Source: Bacillus subtilis subsp. subtilis str. 168 (GTDB lineage Bacteria > Bacillota > Bacilli > Bacillales > Bacillaceae). Taken from it: DNA of 32,000 nt. Where the stretch lies: contig NC_000964.3 of assembly GCF_000009045.1 (NCBI RefSeq), positions 3,330,001 to 3,362,000 on the forward strand, in the 5' to 3' direction. Below, one piece after another: positions 10,938 to 21,048 of this stretch. Each line of letters opens with the position of its first letter. The stretch's first letter is position 1. Position numbers and translations under genes: made by a program. A model generated the notes under the pieces. The model did not search any database, had not been told where the DNA came from, and was given only the letters and a program-made list of their open reading frames with translations.

Positions 10938-11134
10938 TGCCGCATCCTCCTCTCGAAAATTGCCGTGAGAAACAACTAGTTCAGCGTGATTTTATAGGTA
11001 ACTTGTATAAAGAATAGACGATGGAAGAAAAAATGACTCATGATTTGTCAGAAAATGAAACACATAGAAAGAGGATTTGTAAAAAGAGTCAAACGAAGAA
11101 AATCAGATTGGAGAAAACACGAAATCATATCGTT

Positions 11135-11165
11135 AAAAAGCTTGCGGAGTTCCGCAAGCTTTTCT
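11135..11165. terminator. Terminator-like hairpin after pucG with flanking runs on both strands
   Basis: GCTTGCGGA-GT-TCCGCAAGC, flanked by AAAAA on the left and TTTTCTTT on the right, immediately after the pucG stop (11166-11168). Confidence 0.8.
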
Positions 11166-12416
11166 TTACACCGCTGCCTGGCGGCCAGCGTTTTCATACA
11201 CATCCAGCGCTGCTTGGAGCGCTTTTCCTGCTTCGATTCCTGCGTTATGTCTGAGAAGCACAGCCTCTAACCCGGCAAGCACGAATAGCACGTTTTCTTT
11301 TCTGCAGCTGTACCCCATCGTGCCGATCCTCCAGATCTTCCCTGCAAGCGGGCCGAATGAGCTGGCGATTTCAATGCCGAATTGTGCCAGCAGCATGTCA
11401 CGGACAGACTCGCCGTCAATGCCGCCGGGAATTTCGACACAGGTGACAACAGGCATTTTGCAGCTGTCATCTCCAAACAATCTTAGCCCCATTGCCTTTA
11501 TCCCTGCTGCTAATGCGGCTTCATGGTGCCGATGCCGCTCGAAACGCGTCTCAAGACCTTCTTCAAGCACCAGTCTGACTCCCTCACGTAAGGCGTACAG
11601 CATCGTCGTCGCTTCTGTATGATGATTGAGCCGTCTTTCGCTCCAATAATCCTCAAGCTGGCTCAAATCAAAGTAGTTGCTTGTAATTGGCCGATTTCCC
11701 GAAAGTGCTGCCCTGTCAGCTTGTGTCGCAATCCCGCGTTCCACCTTTTTGCGAGCTGCAATCACGTCCGCCACCCGCTCATTATATGTAATCGGCGCCA
11801 TTCCTGAAGGCACAGACAAACATTTTTGCGTTCCGCCGATGGCAGCGTCAATCTTCCATTCATCGACTTTAACCTCGCAGCCCCCAATCGTTGCGACTGC
11901 ATCGACGATAAACAATGCATCCTCGGTGCGGCAGGCTTCGCCGATGGCTTTCAGCGGGTGAATCCGTCCTGTCGATGTTTCTCCATGCACCATGGCCACA
12001 ATTTTCGGCTTCACTTTTTTTATCTCCCGTATGATGTCCTCCGGGTCAAAAACCGTTCCCCATTCGCACTCCAGCATATGAACATTTGCCCCATATCGCT
12101 CGGCGATTTCAGTCAGCAAATAACCGAAACGGCCGTAAATGGGAATGAGCACATCATCTTCCGGCTCTATCACACTAGCCAGCACTGCTTCAATTCCCGC
12201 CCGTGAAGTGCCGTCAATCGGGTATGCCCAGCGGTTTTTTGTTTGGAACAGCTCCCGAAGCATCTCCATCGTTTCATTCATAATACCTGTAAACGCCGGA
12301 TCAAATTGGCCGACAACCGGGGTGCTCATTACTCTTAATACACGCGGATCAACCTCAACAGGCCCCGGTGTCATAATCGTTCTTAACGGGGTGCATAATT
12401 CTCTTCTGCCTGACAC
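11166..12416 (-). CDS. pucG: (S)-ureidoglycine-glyoxylate aminotransferase (class V, AGXT-like)
   Basis: Class V aminotransferase fold with the GGTQKCLSVPSG PLP-lysine region. The ORF-track ATG at 12422 touches the GGAGGA SD directly. The in-frame GTG at 12416 has a 7-nt spacer and gives 416 aa. Confidence 0.9.
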   Translation of the reverse strand: MSGRRELCTPLRTIMTPGPVEVDPRVLRVMSTPVVGQFDPAFTGIMNETMEMLRELFQTKNRWAYPIDGTSRAGIEAVLASVIEPEDDVLIPIYGRFGYLLTEIAERYGANVHMLECEWGTVFDPEDIIREIKKVKPKIVAMVHGETSTGRIHPLKAIGEACRTEDALFIVDAVATIGGCEVKVDEWKIDAAIGGTQKCLSVPSGMAPITYNERVADVIAARKKVERGIATQADRAALSGNRPITSNYFDLSQLEDYWSERRLNHHTEATTMLYALREGVRLVLEEGLETRFERHRHHEAALAAGIKAMGLRLFGDDSCKMPVVTCVEIPGGIDGESVRDMLLAQFGIEIASSFGPLAGKIWRIGTMGYSCRKENVLFVLAGLEAVLLRHNAGIEAGKALQAALDVYENAGRQAAV

Positions 12417-12432
12417 AGCCATTCCTCCTTTA

Positions 12433-13671
12433 TCAGTAAGCCAGTTTGTATAATAAATCAGTCAGTGCGCGGACGCCGATCTCAAGCTGTCTGGCTGACG
12501 TATATTCCTTCGGTGAGTGGCTGACGCCGCCTCGGCTCGGCACAAACAGCATACAAGCAGGATAGCGCCTTCCGATCATTTGCGCGTCATGCCCTGCTCC
12601 GCTCACCATTTCCTCACAGCTGAAGCCGTTTTCTAATGCTGTTTCAAAAGCCGCAGCCTTCAGCCTTTCGTCCATCGGCACAGGCTCTATCCGCATATAT
12701 TCATCAATCACAGCGCGAATTCCTTTTTGTAGGCAAATGCCGTTGATCAAAGCAACCATGTCTTGATGAAACTGTTCCAGCACATGCTGATGCTGATGGC
12801 GAATATCGATTGAAAACTGGACGCGGCCCGGTATGACATTGGCTACATTGGGCTCTGCCGTTATTTTTCCGCATGTCAGACGGAGCTCATCCGGCAGCTC
12901 ATCCGACCGCAGCAGCAGCTCATGAATGATACGGCTGCTGGCTGCGAGCGGGTCCTTGCGCCATTTCATGGAGGTGGTTCCTGCGTGATTGCATTCTCCT
13001 TCGAGCGTGACGAGATATCGTCTCTGCCCCGCAATACTTGTCACGATGCCGAGATCCCGGCCTGACATTTCCAACGTCTTCCCCTGTTCAATATGCAGCT
13101 CAACAAACGCGCTGATATCTGTCCTATATGCTGACTGAAACACACCTTTGCCAAAACCGCTCTCATGCATCGCTGTTTGGAGGGAGACTCCCGACTCGTC
13201 TCTTGGCTCTTTTGCATCTTGTTCTGAAAAAACACCCGTCATATTCCCCGACCCCCAATAGGTCATTGGAAAACGGCTGCCTTCCTCCTCACATAAGGAG
13301 ACCGCCTCGAGCGTTTTTTTTGGCGCTCCGTATGTTTCCTTGAGCTGCTTTAACGCGAGCATTGCCGCCAGAACGCCATAGGCGCCGTCGTATTTTCCTC
13401 CATTGATGACAGTATCGATATGTGAACCGGTTACAATGACTTCATCCGGAGACTGGGTGCCCGAAAGCCTTCCAAACACATTGCCGACATCGTCGAATCT
13501 TGTTTCAAGCCCGAAAGAAGACATTTCCGTTTTCACAGCAAGCTGTGCGTCCATCCACTCTTTTGTGTATAAAAGCCTCGTTACGCCGCCATCCGCAGAC
13601 GCACCGTATTGGGCGAGCCATTCAATATAATCTGTGATGCTGTTTTTTACTGAAAGCTTCTGCTTTTCCAT
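12433..13671 (-). CDS. pucF: Allantoate amidohydrolase (M20 peptidase family)
   Basis: 412 aa of the M20/M25/M40 amidohydrolase family (GSHIDTV metal site, dimerisation domain). SD GGGGGGAG upstream of the ATG. Confidence 0.93.
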   Translation of the reverse strand: MEKQKLSVKNSITDYIEWLAQYGASADGGVTRLLYTKEWMDAQLAVKTEMSSFGLETRFDDVGNVFGRLSGTQSPDEVIVTGSHIDTVINGGKYDGAYGVLAAMLALKQLKETYGAPKKTLEAVSLCEEEGSRFPMTYWGSGNMTGVFSEQDAKEPRDESGVSLQTAMHESGFGKGVFQSAYRTDISAFVELHIEQGKTLEMSGRDLGIVTSIAGQRRYLVTLEGECNHAGTTSMKWRKDPLAASSRIIHELLLRSDELPDELRLTCGKITAEPNVANVIPGRVQFSIDIRHQHQHVLEQFHQDMVALINGICLQKGIRAVIDEYMRIEPVPMDERLKAAAFETALENGFSCEEMVSGAGHDAQMIGRRYPACMLFVPSRGGVSHSPKEYTSARQLEIGVRALTDLLYKLAY

Positions 13672-13703
13672 GTACTCCCCCCTCTGGCCGCTATGGTGAC
13701 TTC

Positions 13704-13752
13704 ATTATAGAAGGAGCAACATGATAGTTCATTGACAGATTAACCAAAAAAA
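13704..13752 (-). promoter_or_regulatory. pucFG promoter with upstream PucR box
   Basis: On the minus strand there is a perfect -10 TATAAT (13704-13709) and a poor -35. TTTTTTTGGTTAA (13740-13752) matches the published PucR box WWWCNTTGGTTAA at 11 of 12 specified positions. The box is centred near -49 of the inferred start site. Confidence 0.55.
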
Positions 13753-14112
13753 CGTTTATTTTTTAGCCACAGTATCCATCCAGCAACCAGATACACCCTA
13801 CATGTCACAACTATTTTGATGTAAAGGTCAAAAGAAAACACGGTAAGGAAGAGAGCCAGCAAGAGCGAAAGAGAGGGTCAAAATGCCTTTCATATGAACA
13901 AGCTAAGCTGGAGAGGCGATGTTCGCGGAACGGATGAAAACAGAAATGCCGGCAGCCCGCAAAAACAGGACCTAAAGATATGGAAACAGGAGATTTCCGC
14001 CTCCTCCAAAGGGACTAATTTACAATTTTAATGAAAAATATACAAAATGACACTTCTATCCTTTATTTCAATTTTAGATAATAGATATGATCTGATAAAA
14101 GGAGGGCAAGTG

Positions 14113-14979
14113 ATGACAAAAAAAGCATGGTTTCTGCCGCTCGTCTGTGTATTACTGATTTCCGGATGGCTTGCGCCAGCAGCTTCAGCAAGCGCGCAAA
14201 CCACATTAAGCCTTAATGACCGATTGGCGTCTTCCCCTTCAGGAACGGGAAGCCTTCTCTCATTAGCCGCCCCCGCTGCACCCTATGCTGACACAGATAC
14301 CTATTATGAAGGGGCTGAAGGTAAAACAGGAGACTCGCTAAAAAGCACCCTGCACCGTATTATCAGCGGACACACGATGCTGTCCTACAGCGAAGTGTGG
14401 AACGCGCTGAAAGAAACGGATGAAGACCCAAGAAATCCGAATAACGTCATCCTGCTCTATACGAATGAATCGCGTTCCAAAAACCTGAACGGCGGCAATG
14501 TCGGCGATTGGAACCGCGAGCATGTCTGGGCGAAATCCCATGGCGATTTTGGTACGAGCAAGGGACCTGGTACTGATATTCATCATTTGCGCCCGGCTGA
14601 TGTTCAAGTTAACAGCGCCAGAGGAAATATGGATTTTGACAATGGCGGCACTGAATATGCGAAGGCACCCGGAAATTATTATGACGGCGATTCATGGGAG
14701 CCCCGCGATGATGTGAAAGGCGATGTTGCCCGCATGCTGTTTTACATGGCTGTCCGTTACGAGGGTGATGACGGCTATCCTGATCTTGAGCTTAATGATA
14801 AGACAGGCAACGGCTCAGCTCCTTATCATGGCAAACAATCTGTCCTGCTCGAATGGAATAAGCAGGATCCGGTTGACGACCGCGAGCGGAAAAGAAATGA
14901 AATCATTTATGAAAAATATCAGCACAACCGCAATCCATTTATCGACCACCCTGAATGGGCGGATGAGATTTGGCCGTAA
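14113..14979 (+). CDS. bsn: Secreted ribonuclease (endonuclease I / Bsn family)
   Basis: The ATG at 14113 follows AAAGGAGGG and gives 288 aa. Sec signal peptide MTKKAWFLPLVCVLLISGWLAPAASASA. Nuclease core motifs NREHVWAKSHG and DIHHLRPAD. The upstream 22 codons of ORF 14047 lack an SD. Confidence 0.9.
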   Translation: MTKKAWFLPLVCVLLISGWLAPAASASAQTTLSLNDRLASSPSGTGSLLSLAAPAAPYADTDTYYEGAEGKTGDSLKSTLHRIISGHTMLSYSEVWNALKETDEDPRNPNNVILLYTNESRSKNLNGGNVGDWNREHVWAKSHGDFGTSKGPGTDIHHLRPADVQVNSARGNMDFDNGGTEYAKAPGNYYDGDSWEPRDDVKGDVARMLFYMAVRYEGDDGYPDLELNDKTGNGSAPYHGKQSVLLEWNKQDPVDDRERKRNEIIYEKYQHNRNPFIDHPEWADEIWP

Positions 14980-14980
14980 G

Positions 14981-15012
14981 AAAAAGGTGCTCCTTTTGAG
15001 GAGCACCTTTTT
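14981..15012. terminator. Bidirectional terminator shared by bsn and yurJ
   Basis: AAAGGTGCTCC (14983-14993) pairs with GGAGCACCTTT (15000-15010). It is flanked by an A-run and a T-run and sits between two convergent stops. Confidence 0.85.
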
Positions 15013-16116
15013 CTAATACACAGCCTCTTCCGTTTCCGCATCGAAAAAGACGACGTGGTCCATTTTCACTGAGAGCTGGATTGAATCGCCTGCATCGATT
15101 CGCGTGTTTCCGTCCAGGCGGACCTTGAGCCGCTCGTCCCCAGCCATGACATGCACTATGAGCTCCGAGCCCAGATTTTCATTCACTTCCACGTTCGCTT
15201 GAAACACTGAATCAAACAACTGGTCATTTCCTGTCATTTGTGTGATGTGCTCCGGCCGTACACCGGCAATCATCTGTTCTCCGGCATATCCCTTTTCCTT
15301 CAGCCGCTTTGCTTTTTCTTCAGGAATATGAAGCCGGATCGAAGAATTTGTGAAAAACAGCTCGCCATGCTGCTGTTCTATGATGCCTTTCAAAAAGTTC
15401 ATTCCGGGAGAGCCAATGAAGCCTGCGACAAACAAATTGGCCGGGTAATGATAAATGTCATGAGGTTTCGCCACTTGCTGAATTTCCCCTTCATTCATGA
15501 CGACAATCCGATCTCCCATTGTCATTGCTTCGGTCTGGTCATGCGTGACATAAATGATCGTTGCCTCTAATCGCTGGTGCAGCTTGCTGATTTCTGTCCG
15601 CATCGTCACTCTTAGTTTTGCATCCAGATTAGAAAGCGGCTCGTCCATTAAAAAGACCTTCGGCTCCCTCACAATCGACCTGCCAAGCGCCACCCTTTGC
15701 CGCTGCCCGCCGGAGAGCGCCTTCGGTTTTCTCTTCAGCAAATGTTCAATTTCTAAAATTCTGGCTGCCGCATGAACCCGCTCGGCAATTTCCTGTTTCG
15801 CCATCTTTCTGAGCTTTAATCCAAACGCCATATTATCAAAAACCGTCATATGCGGATAAAGCGCATAGTTCTGGAATACCATCGCAATATCACGTTCTTT
15901 CGGCGGAAGATCATTGACCCGCTCCCCATCAATAAGAAGATTTCCTTCAGAAATGCTTTCTAATCCAGCCACCATCCGCAGCGTTGTTGATTTTCCGCAT
16001 CCTGACGGCCCCACCAGCACCAAAAGCTCCTTATCCTTTACATCTAAATCAAAGTCCTTCACGGTTAATTGTGAGTGATATGATTTTTTGACGTGTTCAA
16101 ATGTTAATGAAGCCAT
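15013..16116 (-). CDS. yurJ: ABC transporter ATP-binding protein, MalK/MsmX-like (sugar-type)
   Basis: 367 aa with Walker [10 protein letters not shown], signature LSGGQRQR, Walker B FLMDEPLS and a C-terminal TOBE/MalK regulatory domain. SD AGGGGGA lies 9 nt upstream. I recall it was later renamed frlP. Confidence 0.93.
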   Translation of the reverse strand: MASLTFEHVKKSYHSQLTVKDFDLDVKDKELLVLVGPSGCGKSTTLRMVAGLESISEGNLLIDGERVNDLPPKERDIAMVFQNYALYPHMTVFDNMAFGLKLRKMAKQEIAERVHAAARILEIEHLLKRKPKALSGGQRQRVALGRSIVREPKVFLMDEPLSNLDAKLRVTMRTEISKLHQRLEATIIYVTHDQTEAMTMGDRIVVMNEGEIQQVAKPHDIYHYPANLFVAGFIGSPGMNFLKGIIEQQHGELFFTNSSIRLHIPEEKAKRLKEKGYAGEQMIAGVRPEHITQMTGNDQLFDSVFQANVEVNENLGSELIVHVMAGDERLKVRLDGNTRIDAGDSIQLSVKMDHVVFFDAETEEAVY

Positions 16117-16237
16117 CAGAAAAGTCCCCCTATCTTTTGACCCGTTATTTCGTCACTGGAAACAACTTGGTCTTTCTGTTATTTTTAGAGTAATCGATTC
16201 CCATTTTTGCTATATTTCTAAAATAAAAAATGTAAAT

Positions 16238-16267
16238 TTGTATTATAACGTCATAATACATTATAAT
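16238..16267 (+). promoter_or_regulatory. Candidate sigma-A promoter of frlR overlapping an frl operator-like motif
   Basis: -35 TTGTAT (16238-16243), 17-nt spacer, -10 TTATAAT (16261-16267). The spacer and -10 (TATAACGTCATAATACATTATAAT) resemble the AT-rich motif at the frlB promoter. Confidence 0.55.
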
Positions 16268-16297
16268 ATAAATAATAGGTTAAAAGGAGGCTACCCT

Positions 16298-17026
16298 TTG
16301 TTAAACAACGGAAGTTCTACACCTTTATACATTCAGCTAAAACAAATCATCACTGATGACATCAAAAAGGGCGTGTATTCCCCAACCGCCAAGCTGCCTA
16401 CCGAAAACGAGCTTTGCACCAAGTATAACGTCAGCCGCATCACCGTCAGGAAAGCCATTCTCGATTTAGTCGAAGAAGGCTATCTGATCAGGCAGCAGGG
16501 AAAGGGAACGTTCGTTAAAAGCCCTAAATTAAAACGAGAGCTGATCGCTGTAAACGGCTACTCGGAATTTATGGAATCAACCGGCAAAAAACCGAAGCAT
16601 CATGTGCTGTCCCATGACATCATTCCAGCGTCAAAACCCATCGCCGAAAAGCTTCAAATCCAACCCGAGAGCCCTGTGGTTGAATTAAAACGGATTTTAT
16701 ATAATGATGATCAGCCTCTCACCTTTGAAGTGACGCATTATCCGCTTGATTTGTTTCCCGGCATTGATACCTTTATTGCTGACGGCGTCTCCATGCATGA
16801 TATTTTGAAACAGCAATACAAAGTTGTACCCACGCACAATACGAAGCTATTAAACGTTGTATATGCCCAACAGGAGGAAAGCAAATACCTGGATTGTGAT
16901 ATCGGGGATGCGCTGTTTGAAATTGATAAAACGGCTTTTACATCAAACGACCAGCCAATCTATTGCTCATTGTTTTTGATGCACACAAACCGTGTCACTT
17001 TTACCATCAACAGCCCCTACACATAA
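16298..17026 (+). CDS. frlR: GntR/HutC-family repressor of the fructosamine operon
   Basis: The TTG at 16298 lies 7 nt after AAAGGAGG and gives 242 aa. N-terminal GntR winged helix (LPTENELCTKYNVSRITVRKAILDLVEEGYL) plus a UTRA effector domain. The ORF-track extension to 16088 runs through the AT-rich promoter. Confidence 0.9.
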   Translation: MLNNGSSTPLYIQLKQIITDDIKKGVYSPTAKLPTENELCTKYNVSRITVRKAILDLVEEGYLIRQQGKGTFVKSPKLKRELIAVNGYSEFMESTGKKPKHHVLSHDIIPASKPIAEKLQIQPESPVVELKRILYNDDQPLTFEVTHYPLDLFPGIDTFIADGVSMHDILKQQYKVVPTHNTKLLNVVYAQQEESKYLDCDIGDALFEIDKTAFTSNDQPIYCSLFLMHTNRVTFTINSPYT

Positions 17027-17033
17027 CAGGCAT

Positions 17034-17070
17034 AAAAAACGAGACACTGCTTATAGTATTCTCGTTTTTT
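17034..17070. terminator. Possible bidirectional terminator between the convergent genes frlR and frlD
   Basis: AAAAAACGAGA (17034-17044) pairs with TCTCGTTTTTT (17060-17070). The loop is 15 nt and the stem is mostly A-T, so this is a weak call. It overlaps the last frlD codons. Confidence 0.5.
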
Positions 17071-17905
17071 CACTGCTTCCCCCGTCCTCCAAGCGATAAG
17101 GATAGCCATAGCCGAAAGCTCCGTACACACCGCAAGTTTTCGCAGCCGTTTCAGCAGCCTGGCGCAAAGCATACGTTATATCCTGCTTCACGCAAAAGGC
17201 AGTCAAAAAGCCTGCTATAAAAGAATCTCCCGCTCCAAGTGTATCTATTATATCAGCTTCCACAATCGGCTGATGATAGACTCGATCACCCGCAGACAGG
17301 ATTGCTCCTTGGCCCCCTCGGGTCATACAAACCATTTTGGCTCCGTACCCATGAGCTGTTTTGGCAAGCTCACCGCATTCCGACTCACTCAAATCGCTTC
17401 CTGAAAAAAACGCATACGTCACATAAGGACAGACCCTCCTCAAATAATCATCCTCCCGATTGGTTGAAAAATCAAATGAGACCGGGACCAGCCCGCACAG
17501 CTGCGGAAGATCGTTCTCAAGCCTGCTGTACACGCTCGTATGCAGCAGATCATGCCCGCTGATAAAAGATACATCTTTCTCCTGAAACGCGAGGCGAAGC
17601 CGGGACTGAATGCCGCCTTTATTTGATCTGACAAAAATGCGGTCCCCCTGTTCATCAAGGGTGACAATCGCCATCCCGTTTTCTCCGTGCGCCTGGCGGA
17701 TATAATCTGCATTGACCTGCTCCAGCTTGAGAACGTTCAACAGATGCGCCGCGGCTTCGTCATTGCCGACGATTCCGATATAGGAAGACTCATGCCCGAG
17801 CCGCTTGGCAAGCACAGCAACGTTTAAGGCATTTCCTCCCGGGTAAAATGTTTCTTGATCCTGGTAGTAATCTACAACATTATCTCCAACCGCAATCAAT
17901 TTCAT
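17051..17905 (-). CDS. frlD: Fructosamine (fructoselysine) 6-kinase, PfkB family
   Basis: 284 aa ribokinase/PfkB fold with the C-terminal DTLGAGDSF motif. SD AAAGGAGGAAG upstream. Confidence 0.92.
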   Translation of the reverse strand: MKLIAVGDNVVDYYQDQETFYPGGNALNVAVLAKRLGHESSYIGIVGNDEAAAHLLNVLKLEQVNADYIRQAHGENGMAIVTLDEQGDRIFVRSNKGGIQSRLRLAFQEKDVSFISGHDLLHTSVYSRLENDLPQLCGLVPVSFDFSTNREDDYLRRVCPYVTYAFFSGSDLSESECGELAKTAHGYGAKMVCMTRGGQGAILSAGDRVYHQPIVEADIIDTLGAGDSFIAGFLTAFCVKQDITYALRQAAETAAKTCGVYGAFGYGYPYRLEDGGSSEKTRIL

Positions 17906-17918
17906 AGCGCTTCCTCCT

Positions 17919-18821
17919 TTATCCTTTTACACTGCCGCTTGCAATCCCGCGGACAAAATATTTCTGCATCAATAAAAATAGAATAATAATCGGCGCGGCT
18001 GAAATCGTTAACCCCGCCAGCAGGACGCCCCAGTCTGTCTGCAGCGCGTCTCTGAACTGCATCAGCCCGGCTGGAATGGTCCGTAAATTCTCATCATCTA
18101 TGAAAATAATCGCAAACATAAACTCATTCCATGTATGGTAAGCCGTCAAAATGCCGGATGTCACCAAAATCGGCACGCTCATTGGTAAGAAAATTCTGAA
18201 AAATACTCCAAAACTTGTACACCCATCCAAATAGGCCGCCTCCTCCAATTCTTTTGAAATAGAAAGAAAATAAGAGCGGATCAAAATGATGGTGAATGGG
18301 ATCCGATAAGCCGCATACGGCAAGATTAACGCCCAATACGTATTGTACAGGCCCAGCGACTGAATAATAGAATAAAGCGGCACAAGACTGACCTGCGGCG
18401 TCAGCATCAATCCGCCAAGACATAGCACCAAAAAGAATCCTTTTCCTTTAAACTCAAACCGGGAAAGGCCATACGCTGCCCATGCACTGATAAAGACAGT
18501 GATCACACACGTCAGCGCCGTAACGATGACACTGTTCATAAAATAAGAAGAAATCCCCTGATTCCAGGCGGAAACAAAATTTTCCGGATGCCACGAAGAC
18601 GGCAGCGACCAGCTGTGCTCAAAAATATCGTCAGAGTTTTTAAAGGCGCTCATCACCATCCAGAGAAGCGGATAGGCAATCGCAATCAGATAAAGAAACA
18701 GAAAAACCCACACAGACGTTTCTCCGATATACCATTTTCGTCTAGGCTTATCTTTCACCTCAATGTGCTGGTCAGGCACCGGCTCCAATCTGAACGAATC
18801 TGTCTTCTTCTGAGGCAGCAT
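17919..18821 (-). CDS. frlM: ABC transporter permease (MalG-like)
   Basis: 300 aa, multi-TM, with an EAA loop (EEAAYLDGCTSFGVFFRIFLP). SD GGAAAGGAGGAG lies inside the frlN 3' end. Confidence 0.92.
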   Translation of the reverse strand: MLPQKKTDSFRLEPVPDQHIEVKDKPRRKWYIGETSVWVFLFLYLIAIAYPLLWMVMSAFKNSDDIFEHSWSLPSSWHPENFVSAWNQGISSYFMNSVIVTALTCVITVFISAWAAYGLSRFEFKGKGFFLVLCLGGLMLTPQVSLVPLYSIIQSLGLYNTYWALILPYAAYRIPFTIILIRSYFLSISKELEEAAYLDGCTSFGVFFRIFLPMSVPILVTSGILTAYHTWNEFMFAIIFIDDENLRTIPAGLMQFRDALQTDWGVLLAGLTISAAPIIILFLLMQKYFVRGIASGSVKG

Positions 18822-18824
18822 CAG

Positions 18825-19703
18825 TTACTCCTCCTTTCCGGTTTTAAAGAACTTCATTTGCATGAGCGATAATGCAAGCGTAATGATTAACACGACAGTG
18901 GCAATCGCTGAGGCGTAGCCCATCATATCCTTTGTAAAGGCGCTTTTATATAAAAACGTGCTCAAGACTTCTGACGCTTTTCCCGGCCCGCCGCCTGTCA
19001 AAATGTACGGCTCATTAAAGACCGTAAAGGCTCCGGTCAGCGTCATGACCACCGCAACAAAAGACATCTCTTTCGTCTGGGGAACAGTAATATGAAAAAA
19101 CTGCTGAATTTTACCCGCGCCGTCAAGCCGGGCCGCTTCATACAGTTCATCCGGTATTTTTTGAATCGACACGATGTACAGCATCGCAATATAACCGACA
19201 GATTGCCACTGGGACACAAAAATGACAGAAAGCATAGCTGTGCTGTCATCCCCGAGCCAGGCCCTCGTCAGCTGATCAAGACCGATGGCCTGAAGCAGCT
19301 GATTCAAAAGCCCTGTCTCCGGATTGTAAATAAAATCAAACAAAAGCGCGATCACCGTCATTGAGATGACAACCGGCAAAAAGAAAACGGTACGAAAAAA
19401 CGGCGACCATTTTCTGACCAGCTTATCCTCAAGCACCGCCGCCAAAATCAAACCGCCAAATACCTGGCATACAATTGAGATCACTGCATAAAGCACATTA
19501 TTGGTAAGTGCCTGATAGAAGACAGGATCATGAAATAATTCAACATAGTTTTTTAAGCCGATAAACGTTTTTTCCGGAGAAAATGAGCTCCACTGAAACA
19601 GGCTGAGGAATACATTCTCAAAAATCGGGATATAAACGAAAAGTAAAAAAACGAGAGCGGGCACCAAAAACAAATAGGGGATTATTTTATTCTGATTGAC
19701 CAA
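18825..19703 (-). CDS. frlN: ABC transporter permease (MalF-like)
   Basis: EAA loop YEAARLDGAGKIQQFFHITVP. I prefer the TTG at 19703 (AAAGGAG upstream, 292 aa) over the ORF-track GTG at 19748, which is itself part of an SD-like AAAGGTG. The start remains uncertain by 15 codons. Confidence 0.85.
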   Translation of the reverse strand: MVNQNKIIPYLFLVPALVFLLFVYIPIFENVFLSLFQWSSFSPEKTFIGLKNYVELFHDPVFYQALTNNVLYAVISIVCQVFGGLILAAVLEDKLVRKWSPFFRTVFFLPVVISMTVIALLFDFIYNPETGLLNQLLQAIGLDQLTRAWLGDDSTAMLSVIFVSQWQSVGYIAMLYIVSIQKIPDELYEAARLDGAGKIQQFFHITVPQTKEMSFVAVVMTLTGAFTVFNEPYILTGGGPGKASEVLSTFLYKSAFTKDMMGYASAIATVVLIITLALSLMQMKFFKTGKEE

Positions 19704-19760
19704 GGGTATCTCATCTCCTTTATAAAAAGAAAAGGTGCGAAGCTTCACCTTTTCTTTGAT

Positions 19761-21029
19761 TTATTCAGCTGACGCCCTCACCTGCTTTGCTGCCTTTTGA
19801 ACGGCTTTCATCACCTGCTGCGGTGTCATGTCGCCGCCAAGCATTTGCTGGACGCCCGTTAGGTACGCATCTGCGACTTCAACATCGACATCCATATCAA
19901 ACCATGGAACCATTGATTTGGCATCAACAATATGCTGAACGGCTTCACGCTGAATGGCTGTTGCATTTTCTTCAGTAGCCGTACCTTGCACTGCACTGTA
20001 TTTCCCGACATCTTTCACGAGCTTTTCGCCCATTCTTTTCGACGTCAAGAACTGCAAAAATTCCATCGCTTCCTTCGGATGTTTTGTTCTTGAGGAGATC
20101 ATGAATCCTTCCGGCGCTCCCGTTAACGCTTCTGAAGATCCTTTCTGCCCGCTGATTTCAGGAAATGGGAACATCCCGAGATTAACCGGTTCAACCAGCT
20201 TGATTTCCGCTGTTTCCGCATATATCATCGCCGACTTTCCGCTCTTAAATTGCTGTCTCACATATTCGTGGTCGACGGAGTTTACATGTTTATTAAAGTA
20301 AGGCATCAGCTCTTGAAGCTTTTCAAGTGCTTTTACGTAGCCTTCATCAGTAAATTCACCCGTTTTGGCGTTATAGTCCTTTTCCCGTGTTTTTTCATCG
20401 ACCATCCGCTGATTAAGCGTGCCGATATAGTGCGAGATTGTCCAAGTCGCCTTTGTTCCAAAGCTGATCGGTGTGTAGCCATGTTCTTTCAGCTTTTTTG
20501 ACACATCGATTAATTCATCCCACGTCTTCGGGGGATCAAGATTCAGCTTTTGGAAAATGTCTTTATTATAGAAGAATGATTTAGCGTCCATTTGCCACGG
20601 TACGCCATATTGCTTGTTTTCATAAGTAAATGGTGTAATTTGCGATTGAACGAGCTGTGATGACCAATCGGTGTCATTTTTGTAGTAGGACGAGAGATCA
20701 AGTGCTTTATTGCCTCTGATAAATTTAAAAGCAAACTCATCGCTCCAAGAGAAGTAAATGTCAGGAGGGCTGGTGGTTCCCAGCATGACCTTAATTTTAT
20801 CTTTATAGGAGTCATTTAAAACGGCTTCAATTTGAATGTCGATATCTGGGTGATCTTTTTCAAATTCCTTAACAACCTCTTCAAAATAACTTTTTTCCGG
20901 CTCCTTTGGCCATCTGTGGAAAAATTTCAATGTCACCTTTCCGTCCGCTGAACTGCTTTGGCTCGAACAGCCTGCGATGGTGAGCATACTGACAGCTGCA
21001 ATGATCAAGAACAACAACATTTTCTTCAA
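19761..21029 (-). CDS. frlO: ABC transporter solute-binding lipoprotein (family 1)
   Basis: 422 aa with the lipobox LTIAGC after a hydrophobic signal sequence. TTG start with AGAGGAGG 8 nt upstream. Confidence 0.92.
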
Positions 21030-21048
21030 AGGGTTGGCCTCCTCTGGA

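Noticed and set aside
11046-11062. A TnrA-like box, TGTCA-GAAAATG-AAACA, upstream of pucA
   Set aside because: It misses the conserved T of the right half-site (TNACA) and lies in AT-rich sequence. On its own it is too weak to call.
11021-11270. Two plus-strand ORFs (77 and 76 aa) in the pucA-pucG spacer
   Set aside because: Both read across the terminator hairpin (11135-11165) and continue antisense into pucG. Neither has an SD.
16140-16200. A possible CcpA cre site near ATGGGAATCGATTACT in the yurJ/frlR control region
   Set aside because: Alignment to TGWNANCGNTNWCA fails at several invariant positions on both strands.
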